Below, piece by piece: positions 42,991 through 51,547 of a DNA stretch of 64,000 bases. Source of the DNA: Pseudolabrys sp. (lineage in GTDB: Bacteria > Pseudomonadota > Alphaproteobacteria > Rhizobiales > Xanthobacteraceae); assembly GCA_035760805.1 (NCBI GenBank), contig DASTSG010000047.1, positions 1,924 to 65,923 on the forward strand, in the 5' to 3' direction. Numbering within the stretch: position 1 is the first letter of the stretch; each line of letters starts with the position of its first letter. A program made the position numbers and the translations under genes. Under the pieces are notes generated by a model. It was not told where the DNA came from and did no database searches. It saw only the letters and a list, made by a program, of their open reading frames with translations.

Positions 42991-44096
42991 ATCACCTCGA
43001 TGTCGGCCTGGATCGCGCCGGCGGCCTTGATGGCTTGAAGGATGGCGATCATGTCGCGCGGGCCGATGCCCAGTGAGTTCAAGCCGTCGACGAGCTGCTG
43101 CAACGAGATGCCGTCGCGAACAACCGCCAGCTTCTTGCCGTCCTCCGACACACCGATACTGGTCCGCGGAACGACTCTCGTCTGACCGCGCGAGAAGGGT
43201 GCCGGTTGGCTCACCTGCGGCGTCTCGCTGATCGTGACTGTTAAATTGCCTTGCGCGACAGCGACGGTCGACACGCGCACGTCGCGACCCATTACGATGA
43301 TGCCGGAGCGTTCGTCGATGACGATCTTGGCAGCGAGATCGGGATCGACTCGCAATTGCTCGATATCGGTGAGCAGCGAAACGACGTTGCCGCGATATTG
43401 CTCCGGCACGGTGATCTGGATGGTGCCGGGATCGAGCGGCTCCGCTGTCGGCTTGCCGATGAAATCGTTGATCGCCGCGGCAATGCGCCGCGCAGTGGTG
43501 AAATCGGGATTGCGCAAAGCCATGCGAAGCGTGCCGAGACGATTAAGCGAGAAGTCAATTTCGCGCTCGATCAACCCGCCATTGGCGATGCGGCCGACGG
43601 TCGGAACGCCGCGCACGATCTTCGCGGCTTCGCCCTCCGCCTGGAACCCGCCGATCGCGAGCGAGCCTTGTGCGACCGCATAGACGTTGCCATCGGCGCC
43701 GAGCAGCGGGGTCACCAGCAACACGCCGCCCTGCAGGCTTTTGGCATCGCCAAGTGCGGACACGGTCACGTCCATGCGCGTTCCTTGTGTGCCGAAGGGC
43801 GGCAGGTTCGCGGTGACCATGACGGCGGCGACGTTGCCGGTGCGCAGCGTCTGATTGCGGATGTTGACGCCCAGCCGTTCCAGCATCGCGGTGAGCGACT
43901 GCTTGGTGAAAGGGATGTTGTTGAGCGTGTCGCCGGTGCCGTTGAGGCCAACGACGAGGCCGTAGCCGATAAGCTGGTTCTGCCGCACACCCTCGATATT
44001 GACGAGGTCTTTGATGCGCGACGTCGCCCCGGCGCAGACCGGGACAAAAAATGCTAGAACCGCCGCGACCATTGCGGCCTTGAGCGTCCTCGTCAT
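42987..44096 (-). CDS. flgI: flagellar P-ring protein FlgI
   Basis: Inside ORF 42987..44135. ATG 44096 (MTRTLKAAMVAAVLAFFVPVCAGA signal) is chosen because the sigma54-like promoter at 44135-44150 abuts the longer ORF's start codon at 44135. Conserved RIKDLVNIEGVRQNQLIGYGLVVGLNGTGD. Confidence 0.9.
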   Translation of the reverse strand: MTRTLKAAMVAAVLAFFVPVCAGATSRIKDLVNIEGVRQNQLIGYGLVVGLNGTGDTLNNIPFTKQSLTAMLERLGVNIRNQTLRTGNVAAVMVTANLPPFGTQGTRMDVTVSALGDAKSLQGGVLLVTPLLGADGNVYAVAQGSLAIGGFQAEGEAAKIVRGVPTVGRIANGGLIEREIDFSLNRLGTLRMALRNPDFTTARRIAAAINDFIGKPTAEPLDPGTIQITVPEQYRGNVVSLLTDIEQLRVDPDLAAKIVIDERSGIIVMGRDVRVSTVAVAQGNLTVTISETPQVSQPAPFSRGQTRVVPRTSIGVSEDGKKLAVVRDGISLQQLVDGLNSLGIGPRDMIAILQAIKAAGAIQADIEVM

Positions 44097-44134
44097 CACT
44101 GCTCCCCAATGTGAGGTCGGACTGCCGCTCTTCA

Positions 44135-44150
44135 TGCGAATGGCGTGCCA
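44135..44150 (-). promoter_or_regulatory. sigma54-type promoter upstream of flgI
   Basis: The minus strand reads TGGCACGCCATTCGCA with GG-N10-GC spacing intact and one mismatch to TTGC. It lies ~39 nt upstream of ATG 44096. Confidence 0.5.
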
Positions 44151-44276
44151 ATCGTCAGGATTGAACTAACAGATTGAATTCATTTGCGAATTGCGTTCAC
44201 GACGGCTGCTGCGGCCTGCTCCGGCGGCGGCACAATCAGTCTTCACCAGGAAAAAATTGCCTGCCTTTACCGGCCA

Positions 44277-44284
44277 TTAACCAT
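44277..44284 (+). promoter_or_regulatory. CtrA half-site TTAACCAT upstream of fliX
   Basis: Perfect TTAACCAT 59 nt upstream of the fliX ATG 44343. Confidence 0.5.
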
Positions 44285-44342
44285 AGCGGCTCAGGCTTCG
44301 AGCCTGGCCGGACACGCGTCCGGAAGGGGGGAGCTGGCGGCG

Positions 44343-44753
44343 ATGCGTGTTCAAGGTCTGTCAGGAGCAGCGCTCGCGACAGCGAAGGGCGGCGTGCGCC
44401 GTGCCGGTTCGGGGAACTTCTCGGTCAGCGAGGACGAGGCGCCGCACGGAAGCGTCGCAAGCACCAATTTGCGTGCGATCTCGACCGTCGATGCCTTGAT
44501 CGCTTTGCAAGCGGTGGAAGATCCAGCCGAACGGCGCAAGCGGGCGGTGCGTCACGGCCGACGCGCGCTCGACGAGCTTGATGCGCTCAAGGTTGGTTTG
44601 CTGGACGGAACCGTCGATCAGTCGACGCTGGCGCGCTTGAAGGTGGTTGCCGACGGTCTCGACCAGAGCTCCGGCGATCCGGGCCTTGATATCATATTGA
44701 ATGAGATCGGCTTGCGGGTTGCCGTCGAGTTGGCAAAGGCCGACAGCCGCTAA
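44343..44753 (+). CDS. fliX: flagellar assembly regulator FliX
   Basis: Inside ORF 44184..44753. ATG 44343 (MRVQGLSG) has GGGGGAG SD. FliX-like core DALIALQAVEDPAERRKRAVRHGRRALDELDALKVGLL. It is divergent from flgI, as in Caulobacter. Confidence 0.75.
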   Translation: MRVQGLSGAALATAKGGVRRAGSGNFSVSEDEAPHGSVASTNLRAISTVDALIALQAVEDPAERRKRAVRHGRRALDELDALKVGLLDGTVDQSTLARLKVVADGLDQSSGDPGLDIILNEIGLRVAVELAKADSR

Positions 44754-44934
44754 GGCCGCTCGGAACTCCTCGGCAGGGTTACTCCGCTGTCATTAAGTCT
44801 CTGAAATAATGGCACTTTCGTGGTGTGCCCGCTGACAACGAGGATATTGTCGGCGGGCCCCGGCGCGTATATAAGCCAGCCGCGCGAGGGAGGAAGTCTC
44901 GCAAAAAAAATCTAAAGAAGACACAGGGAGTCCA

Positions 44935-45354
44935 GTGGGAATGCTGGCCAAGAATAAGCCCTATCGGCCATCTGAAAAAGAACCCTTCATGAACGAGCGA
45001 CAGCGAGAGTATTTCCGCATGAAGTTGCTCGCGTGGCGGGAAGAAATACTCAAGGAAGCCAAGGAAACTTTGCTGCACCTGCAGGAAGAGAATCAGAATC
45101 ATCCGGATCTTGCGGATCGTGCTTCATCGGAAACGGACCGTGCCATTGAACTGCGCGCCCGCGATCGCCAGCGCAAATTGATTTCGAAAATCGACGAGGC
45201 ACTCGGCCGTATTGAGGACGGTACCTACGGCTATTGCGAAGAAACGGGCGAGCCAATTTCGCTGCGCCGGCTTGAAGCGCGTCCGATCGCGACCCTCTCA
45301 GTCGAGGCGCAAGAGCGTCACGAGCGGCGAGAGCGAGTTTTCCGCGACGATTGA
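44935..45354 (+). CDS. dksA: RNA polymerase-binding transcription factor DksA (single-Cys, non-Cys4 variant)
   Basis: ORF track, 139 aa; the track start is GTG and ATG 44941 is the alternative. Coiled-coil tip DxxDxA is present (DLADRA). The C-terminal region GTYGYCEETGEPISLRRLEARPIATLSVEAQE has only one of the four canonical Cys. Confidence 0.9.
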   Translation: MGMLAKNKPYRPSEKEPFMNERQREYFRMKLLAWREEILKEAKETLLHLQEENQNHPDLADRASSETDRAIELRARDRQRKLISKIDEALGRIEDGTYGYCEETGEPISLRRLEARPIATLSVEAQERHERRERVFRDD

Positions 45355-45410
45355 TTGCCGCGCCGCTGCGGTTGCTCTTTTGAGTGTCGCTTCGCGAATG
45401 AGCACCGTCT

Positions 45411-45458
45411 AAAAAAAGAGAGGCGCGGCCTCCGGCGGGGAGCTGCCGGAGACCGCGC
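45411..45458 (-). terminator. probable terminator of the flgFGAH operon
   Basis: The minus strand reads GCGCGGTCTCCGGCagctccccGCCGGAGGCCGCGCctctcttttttt (13/14 stem plus T7), about 145 nt after the flgH stop. Confidence 0.5.
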
Positions 45459-45600
45459 GGTGACGCCGTATACGCTCGCGCGATGCGTAACGGCGCGGGA
45501 GCCAGTCATCGGTGATCAGTGATCGGATCGTCGATTTGTCTTCTGTTTTGCGCGTTCCTTTATGTCGGTTGATTGCTGACCACTGACCTCTGATTTCTGG

Positions 45601-46347
45601 TTAGAACGGCAGCAACACATCGAGCACCTGCTGGCCGTAGCGCGGCTGCTGAATGTCCGTGATCTGCCCGCGGCCGCCATACGAGATGCGCGCTTCGGCG
45701 ATTTTGCTGGAGTCGATGGTATTATCGCTCTCGATGTCCTCGGGCCGGATGATGCCGGCGACAATCAATTCGCGGACTTCGAAGTTGACTCTAACCTCCT
45801 GCTTGCCCCTGATGACGAGGTTCCCGTTCGGCAGAACCTGAGTCACCACGGCGGCCACATTGGTCGTCAGGGCTTCCTGACGCGTGACCGTGCCTTTGCC
45901 GTCGGTGGCGGATGATGAGTCTTCGGTGACGATGCGGCCTGGAATGACCGTGTTGAAGATCGGCACCTTCGACAAGCCAAAAAAGTTATCGACGCCCGTA
46001 TCTTCTTTGTTGGTTCGCGTGCGTTGCGTTTCGTTGCTGATATTGGCCTGATCCGTGAAGTTCACTTTCACCGTCAGCAGATCACCGACCTGGTGCGCAC
46101 GCTGATCTTTAAAGAACGCCCGTGAGCCGTTTCGCCAGAGCGAATTCGGGTTGTACGATGCAGGTTGCGCCGCCGGCATCGGTAATTGCACCGGCTTGTA
46201 ACCCGGCTGCGTCGTCGGATTACTTACAGCCGTCAGCGGCGGCGGCTCTCCGATGTGTTTGAGCCGGTCGATCGCTGCGCAGCGTGTCAGCAGCAGACAG
46301 GCCGTCGCGCCCAGCAGGGTACTACGCAAAACCGAACATGCGCTCAT
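45601..46347 (-). CDS. flgH: flagellar L-ring protein FlgH
   Basis: Inside ORF 45601..46422. ATG 46347 (MSACSVLRSTLLGATACLLLTRCAA signal with Cys). Conserved SLWRNGSRAFFKDQRAHQVGDLLTV and ISYGGRGQ. Confidence 0.9.
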   Translation of the reverse strand: MSACSVLRSTLLGATACLLLTRCAAIDRLKHIGEPPPLTAVSNPTTQPGYKPVQLPMPAAQPASYNPNSLWRNGSRAFFKDQRAHQVGDLLTVKVNFTDQANISNETQRTRTNKEDTGVDNFFGLSKVPIFNTVIPGRIVTEDSSSATDGKGTVTRQEALTTNVAAVVTQVLPNGNLVIRGKQEVRVNFEVRELIVAGIIRPEDIESDNTIDSSKIAEARISYGGRGQITDIQQPRYGQQVLDVLLPF

Positions 46348-46393
46348 GGGCTGTCGCTTTCGTTTGCCGTGTGTTGGCGTGCCGGTGAAGATC

Positions 46394-47401
46394 TCATCGC
46401 GCAGTCCCCGCGTTCTCGGCAACGCGCATCATCGTGCCACCGACGAGTACATGGCCGGGCCCCGACACTGTGCCTTGCACGGTTCGTTTCGACTGCTCGT
46501 TGAGAACGCTGATGAGGTCGCCTTGCGTACCGGATTCGAGTGCCTTGCCGCGCATCGTGAGAATGATGCCGGGCACGCGATAAACGAGCGTGACGGCCTG
46601 ATTGCGCTGCACGAGGTCCGGCTTCATCAGTTCGAATCGGCGTAACGGCCGCTGCGCCTGGATGGAACTGCGCGCGGCAAGGCCGATCACCTGTTCGGGA
46701 TCAGAGATCGCGTCATTTCCGACTTCGGCACGCGGCCGCCGCTCGGTAATGACGTCGGAGGATTTAATGACATCGCCGCGGTTGATCGGGCGAACGAGCA
46801 TCGCCACGGTTGCCATCGGTGTTGCAGTGCCTGTGAAGCGATGTGCGTATTCGATGCTGCCCGTGCCGTGAAGCTCGACCGTAGCGCTGAAACGTCCGCT
46901 GCGCCGTTCGTAGCTCAGGCGCGTGACACGCGGTTCTCCCTTTACGGACTTCGGGACGTGAAGCGGCCCAAGGCCACGATCGAAGCTCAATGCGAGATCG
47001 TTCGGCTCGCCGAGCGAATATCGCGCCGCCAGCGCGCGCGCCGTGATCGACTCGATTTCGCTCGGTGCAATCGTACGCGCTGCATGTGTGACGACCACTT
47101 CGTCGAGGCCGGCGGTATCGAGGCCGATGATTGCGTGCGCCCGCACGGCTTCCGCCACTCGTTGCGCCGACACCGTGCCGGTCGAACCGAGATCGGGCGA
47201 GCGGAAGATCGGCACGTCGGCGACGATCCCGGCATTCTCGACGAGATCGCCGATGCGCACGACGTCGCCCGATACGACTGCTTCGGCGCGAAGCCGCGGT
47301 TTGGGTGGATCGAGCGCCGCGACCGTTTGCGCCGCCGCCGGCGCGCAGGCCAGCAGCACGGAAAAAGCGATCAAACCGGCGTGCCGTAGCGATCGGATCA
47401 T
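46394..47401 (-). CDS. flgA: flagellar basal-body P-ring formation chaperone FlgA
   Basis: ORF track, 335 aa. Signal peptide, a SAF-like segment (INRGDVIKSSDV) and a C-terminal FlgA block (GDLISVLNEQSKRTVQGTV). Position between flgG and flgH. Confidence 0.8.
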   Translation of the reverse strand: MIRSLRHAGLIAFSVLLACAPAAAQTVAALDPPKPRLRAEAVVSGDVVRIGDLVENAGIVADVPIFRSPDLGSTGTVSAQRVAEAVRAHAIIGLDTAGLDEVVVTHAARTIAPSEIESITARALAARYSLGEPNDLALSFDRGLGPLHVPKSVKGEPRVTRLSYERRSGRFSATVELHGTGSIEYAHRFTGTATPMATVAMLVRPINRGDVIKSSDVITERRPRAEVGNDAISDPEQVIGLAARSSIQAQRPLRRFELMKPDLVQRNQAVTLVYRVPGIILTMRGKALESGTQGDLISVLNEQSKRTVQGTVSGPGHVLVGGTMMRVAENAGTAR

Positions 47402-47409
47402 GGCGGCCT

Positions 47410-48198
47410 CTAATGCATCAGATTGGAGGCCGTCGACAGCATCTGGTCGGCAGCCGTGATGACTTTCGAATTCATCTCATAGGCGCGCTGCGCCGCGATC
47501 AGGTTGGTGATTTCGGTGACCGAATCGACGTTCGACTGCTCGAGGCTTCCTTGTTGGAGATCGCCGGCGCCATCGGTTGCCGGCAACCCATCCTGCGGCG
47601 TGCCGGAAGCCGGCGTCTCCGTGTACATGTTGTCGCCGATCGACAAGAGCCCCGCCTGATTGATGAACCGGGTGAGGATGAGCTGTCCGAGTACCGTCGG
47701 CGTCGTCGAACCCTGCGGGATCACCGAAACCTGACCTTGCGGACTAATCGTAAGTCCGGTCGCATTCGGTGGGATCGTGATGGTCGGCTGTACAAGATTG
47801 CCTTGTGCAGTGACGATGCGGCCTTGCTGATCCATCTGGAACGAGCCGTCACGCGTGTAAGCGAACGTGCCGTCAGGCAATTGAATTTTGAAAAACCCGT
47901 CGCCGCGGATCGCGACGTCGAGACTGCCGCCGGTTTGCGTCAGCGTGCCTTGCGTCATCAGCCGCGGTGTTCCGACCGTTTTTACGCCGGATCCGATGTC
48001 AATACCGACCGGAAGAATGTTGCCTTGCGATGAGGTCTGCGTGCCGATTCGGCTTACGTGATCGTAGAGCAGGTCCTGAAATTGGACGCGCTGGCGCTTG
48101 TAGCCGGTCGTCGTCATGTTCGCGAGATTGTTGGAGATGACCTGGACGTTGAGCTCCATGGCCATCATTCCGGTCGCGGCTGTCAGCAGCGCACGCAT
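47410..48198 (-). CDS. flgG: flagellar distal rod protein FlgG
   Basis: ORF track, 262 aa. MRALLTAATGMMAMELNVQVISNNLANMTTTGYK ... AAQRAYEMNSKVITAADQM. Confidence 0.95.
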   Translation of the reverse strand: MRALLTAATGMMAMELNVQVISNNLANMTTTGYKRQRVQFQDLLYDHVSRIGTQTSSQGNILPVGIDIGSGVKTVGTPRLMTQGTLTQTGGSLDVAIRGDGFFKIQLPDGTFAYTRDGSFQMDQQGRIVTAQGNLVQPTITIPPNATGLTISPQGQVSVIPQGSTTPTVLGQLILTRFINQAGLLSIGDNMYTETPASGTPQDGLPATDGAGDLQQGSLEQSNVDSVTEITNLIAAQRAYEMNSKVITAADQMLSTASNLMH

Positions 48199-48219
48199 GA
48201 TTTCAACTCCTCTTCTTCA

Positions 48220-48978
48220 TCAAGCCGGCACGTCGGCTAACTTGTTGATCGACGATTGGCCAAGATCGGCTTGCTGTTGCAGCATGGCGGCGACTTGCGC
48301 GTAGCTGCGGGTGATTTCGATCATCCGCGACATCTCGACGACGGCATGCACGTTCGATTTTTCGATCGAGCCCTGGATGACGGTGGTTCTTGGGTCGACA
48401 GGCTGCGGCTGCATATCGGCGCCAGCCGAGAACAGGCTGTTGCCGTCCTTGTGCAGCTGCTGCAGGTTGGCAAAGGTGACAAGCCGTAGCTTGCCGCGTT
48501 GCGAATCCTCGATCGAGCTTCCCTCGCGCACGCTGACCGTGCCGTCGGGACTGATCTCGATCTGGCGGTCGTTGCGCTGAAATCGTATCGGCCCGCCGTC
48601 GCCCAGGACTTCATAGCCATCGCTCGTGACGAGTTCGCCGTCGGCGTTGATCTGAAACGAGCCGTTGCGCGTGTAGCGCTCGCCGTTCGGCGTCTGCACA
48701 ACGAAAAAGCCCTGGCCGCTGATGGCCGCGTCAAGCGGATTGCCGGTCTGCTCGATCGAGCCGACGCCCATGTCGTGCCAGATGCCACGGTCTTGCACGA
48801 AGCTCACGCGACTGCCGGTTTCCGCGCCGCGCGCACGCGAAGAAAGATATTCCTCGAACACGGAACCATCGGCCTTGTAGCCGCTGGTGTTCATGTTGGC
48901 GATGTTGTTGGCGACGACGCTGAGTTCGCGCTCGAGCGCGATCTCACGCGACAACCCAACGAGGATGGCATTCTGCAT
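48220..48978 (-). CDS. flgF: flagellar proximal rod protein FlgF
   Basis: Inside ORF 48220..49074. ATG 48978 (MQNAILVGLSREIALEREL) has GGGGAG SD. Rod-protein N and C motifs are present. Confidence 0.9.
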   Translation of the reverse strand: MQNAILVGLSREIALERELSVVANNIANMNTSGYKADGSVFEEYLSSRARGAETGSRVSFVQDRGIWHDMGVGSIEQTGNPLDAAISGQGFFVVQTPNGERYTRNGSFQINADGELVTSDGYEVLGDGGPIRFQRNDRQIEISPDGTVSVREGSSIEDSQRGKLRLVTFANLQQLHKDGNSLFSAGADMQPQPVDPRTTVIQGSIEKSNVHAVVEMSRMIEITRSYAQVAAMLQQQADLGQSSINKLADVPA

Positions 48979-49074
48979 CGATAGTCTCCCCTTGCCCGCA
49001 AGAGGGCCCTCCCGAGGCCGGGTCTTGCAGAGCAATGCCGCAGGCTCTCCCAAACCTGGCGGCGACAAGGGCAA

Positions 49075-49090
49075 TGCACTCCGCGTGCCA
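49075..49090 (-). promoter_or_regulatory. sigma54-type promoter upstream of flgF
   Basis: The minus strand reads TGGCACGCGGAGTGCA with correct GG-N10-GC spacing and -12 element GTGCA. It lies ~97 nt upstream of the flgF ATG. Confidence 0.5.
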
Positions 49091-49217
49091 ATGCGGAAAT
49101 ACGTGCGAGATCAGAAATTTACGGAAAAATCGGCGCAAGCTTGCGCGGTAAATTTAGCCAAGGCTTTGCGCTCGGTCGGCAAAACCTGCCGGCTAAAATG
49201 GCTCTGGAAACAATCTG

Positions 49218-49225
49218 TTAACCAT
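49218..49225 (+). promoter_or_regulatory. CtrA half-site TTAACCAT upstream of fliL
   Basis: Perfect TTAACCAT 112 nt upstream of the fliL ATG 49337. Confidence 0.5.
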
Positions 49226-49336
49226 ACGGACCTACCTTCGCCACTGGGGACGCTCGATGGCGTCCGCGGCCTTTGTCTCGCGTGTTGCCGCCGCTTGCAG
49301 GCGCCGGACATCAGGATGCGAACAGGGTCGAAGTCC

Positions 49337-49879
49337 ATGGCTGAGAAAAAGCCGAACCAGGCCGAAGCCAGCAAAGAGCCGGATGACGAAGTTGACGAAG
49401 GCGCCGAAGGTGAAGGCGCCGCTCCGGCAAAATCGAAATTCAAACTGCCGTCACGCAAAATCATGATCATCGCAGCGGCCGCGCTCGTGGTGCTCGGTGG
49501 CGGCGGCGCGGGTGCTTATCTTTATGTCGGTCATTCCCATGCCGAGAAGACGGTGGCCAAGGCAGCAAAGCCTGCAATCTTTGTCGACATGCCTGACGTG
49601 CTGGTGAACCTTGCCAATCCAGGCTCCGACCGCACGCAATATCTCAAGGTCAAAGTCGTGCTCGAGGTGCCCGACCCTTCAGTGGTCGCGCAGATTCAGC
49701 CGCTGATGCCGCGCGTCATGGACACGTTTCAGACTTATCTGCGCGAATTGCGGCCGACCGACCTTGACGGGTCCGCGGGACTTTATCGGCTCAAGGAAGA
49801 GTTGACGCGTCGGGTCAATGCCGCGGTTGCTCCCAATCACATCACGGCAGTGCTTTTCAAAGAAATCGTCGTCCAGTGA
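49337..49879 (+). CDS. fliL: flagellar basal body-associated protein FliL
   Basis: Inside ORF 48887..49879. ATG 49337 (MAEKKPNQ). TM helix IMIIAAAALVVLGGGGAGAYLYV and FliL core FVDMPDVLVNLANPGSDRTQYLKVKVVLEV. Confidence 0.9.
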   Translation: MAEKKPNQAEASKEPDDEVDEGAEGEGAAPAKSKFKLPSRKIMIIAAAALVVLGGGGAGAYLYVGHSHAEKTVAKAAKPAIFVDMPDVLVNLANPGSDRTQYLKVKVVLEVPDPSVVAQIQPLMPRVMDTFQTYLRELRPTDLDGSAGLYRLKEELTRRVNAAVAPNHITAVLFKEIVVQ

Positions 49880-49889
49880 CGGTGTAGTC

Positions 49890-51104
49890 ATGGCCCAGAA
49901 AGATCAAGTCGATCAGGACGCGCTTGCGGCAGAGTGGGGGCTCGCGCTCGAAAGCGAGACAAACGGCGCTACACCGCCGGCCGCCGATGCTGCAGGCGAC
50001 CCCAACAGCGATGACGAGGTGGTGGCGGCGCAATGGGCCGCCATGGTGGAGGACGGAAACCAGTTTATTCACTCCGCAAAAGGCGGCGCCGAGCGTATCC
50101 TCAATCAGGACGAGATCGACAGCCTGCTGGGCTTCAGTCTGGCCGACGTCACGCTCAACGACAATTCCGGCATTCGCGCCATCATCGACTCGGCGATGGT
50201 TTCTTACGAGCGCCTGCCGATGCTGGAAATCGTTTTCGACCGGTTGGTCCGGTTGATGACGACATCGCTGCGCAATTTCACCTCGGACAACGTGGAGGTT
50301 TCGCTCGACCGCATCACTTCCGTGCGCTTCGGCGATTACCTCAACTCCATTCCGCTGCCGGCAATTCTTGCCGTCTTCAAGGCGGAGGAGTGGGACAATT
50401 TCGGATTGGTGACCGTCAATTCGAGTCTCATCTATTCGATTATCGACGTGCTGCTCGGGGGTCGCCGCGGACAGAGCACGATCCGTATCGAGGGCCGTCC
50501 CTACACGACGATCGAATCCAACCTTGTGAAGCGGATGATTGAGGTCGTGCTGGCGGACGCCGAATTAGCGTTCCGGCCGCTCTCGCCGGTAAAATTCAAC
50601 ATCGACCGGCTGGAAACCAATCCGCGCTTCGCTGCGATTTCGCGGCCTGCGAACGCAGCTATCCTGGTTCGCCTGCGCATCGATATGGAAGATCGCGGCG
50701 GCAACGTCGAATTGCTGCTGCCCTATGCGACGATTGAGCCCATTCGGGCCGTTCTGTTGCAGATGTTCATGGGCGAGAAGTTCGGCCGTGATCCGATTTG
50801 GGAAGGACACCTCGCGACCGAGATCGGGCAGGCAGAGATTGGCGTCGATGCCGTGCTGTACGAAGACATGCTGCCGTTGCGGCGCATGATGAATCTGAAC
50901 GTCGGCGACACGCTCGCGCTGGAGCTCAAGCCGGACGCCATGGTCAGGATCCGCTGCGGCGATGTTACCTTGACCGAAGGGCGAATGGGCCGCGTCGGCG
51001 ACCGCATTTCCGTGCGTGTTGCCAAGCCCTTGCAAAAGCCGAAAACGACATTCGCGATGTTCGAAAAAGCGGACGGACCAACCAAACGGCTGGAGGCACC
51101 GTGA
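49890..51104 (+). CDS. fliM: flagellar motor switch protein FliM
   Basis: Inside ORF 49818..51104. ATG 49890. N-terminal CheY-binding-like LNQDEIDSLLG and the FliM middle and C-terminal domains. Confidence 0.9.
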   Translation: MAQKDQVDQDALAAEWGLALESETNGATPPAADAAGDPNSDDEVVAAQWAAMVEDGNQFIHSAKGGAERILNQDEIDSLLGFSLADVTLNDNSGIRAIIDSAMVSYERLPMLEIVFDRLVRLMTTSLRNFTSDNVEVSLDRITSVRFGDYLNSIPLPAILAVFKAEEWDNFGLVTVNSSLIYSIIDVLLGGRRGQSTIRIEGRPYTTIESNLVKRMIEVVLADAELAFRPLSPVKFNIDRLETNPRFAAISRPANAAILVRLRIDMEDRGGNVELLLPYATIEPIRAVLLQMFMGEKFGRDPIWEGHLATEIGQAEIGVDAVLYEDMLPLRRMMNLNVGDTLALELKPDAMVRIRCGDVTLTEGRMGRVGDRISVRVAKPLQKPKTTFAMFEKADGPTKRLEAP

Positions 51105-51547
51105 GTTACCATTACGGCTACATGATCGAGACCATGGTTTCGATTCTGCTCCTGTTCACAATTCTTTATTGCGTGAAATTGAACAAGCAGCTGCGCCTGC
51201 TGAAGGCAGACGAGCAATCGATGCGCGCGACGATCACGGAATTGGTTACGGCAACGGAAATTGCAGAGCGTGCGATCGGCGGTCTCAAGTCGGCGATGCA
51301 CGATGCCGAAAAGCCGCTGGCGGCGCGTTTGGAAGACGCCGGACGTTTGACGGCCGAGATCGGGCGGCAGATCGAAACCGGCGAAGAATTGCTTGCGCGC
51401 TTTGCGCGGCTCGTCGCCGCCGCGCGTCACTTGCAGCTTACGCCGGCAGAGCAGGCGTCGGCCGCCCCTGACGCCAGATCGGTCGCAGCCGCTGCAGAAG
51501 CCTTTGCCGCGCGCGCGCGCGCGCGACTCCACGGCCTTGCCGCATGA
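51101..51547 (+). CDS. small membrane-anchored coiled-coil protein of the fliLM operon (unknown function)
   Basis: Same frame as ORF 50798..51547. GTG 51101 overlaps the fliM stop (GTGA); the alternative is ATG 51122. TM helix METMVSILLLFTILYCV is followed by a coiled coil. An ATGA overlap links it to the next gene. Confidence 0.6.
   Translation: MSYHYGYMIETMVSILLLFTILYCVKLNKQLRLLKADEQSMRATITELVTATEIAERAIGGLKSAMHDAEKPLAARLEDAGRLTAEIGRQIETGEELLARFARLVAAARHLQLTPAEQASAAPDARSVAAAAEAFAARARARLHGLAA

Noticed and set aside
43251-48033. Long plus-strand ORFs antisense to flgI (43251..44057) and to flgA/flgG (46841..47389, 47131..48033)
   Set aside because: The opposite strand encodes unmistakable flagellar proteins, and these frames are Arg/Asp/Gly-rich with no recognisable domains.
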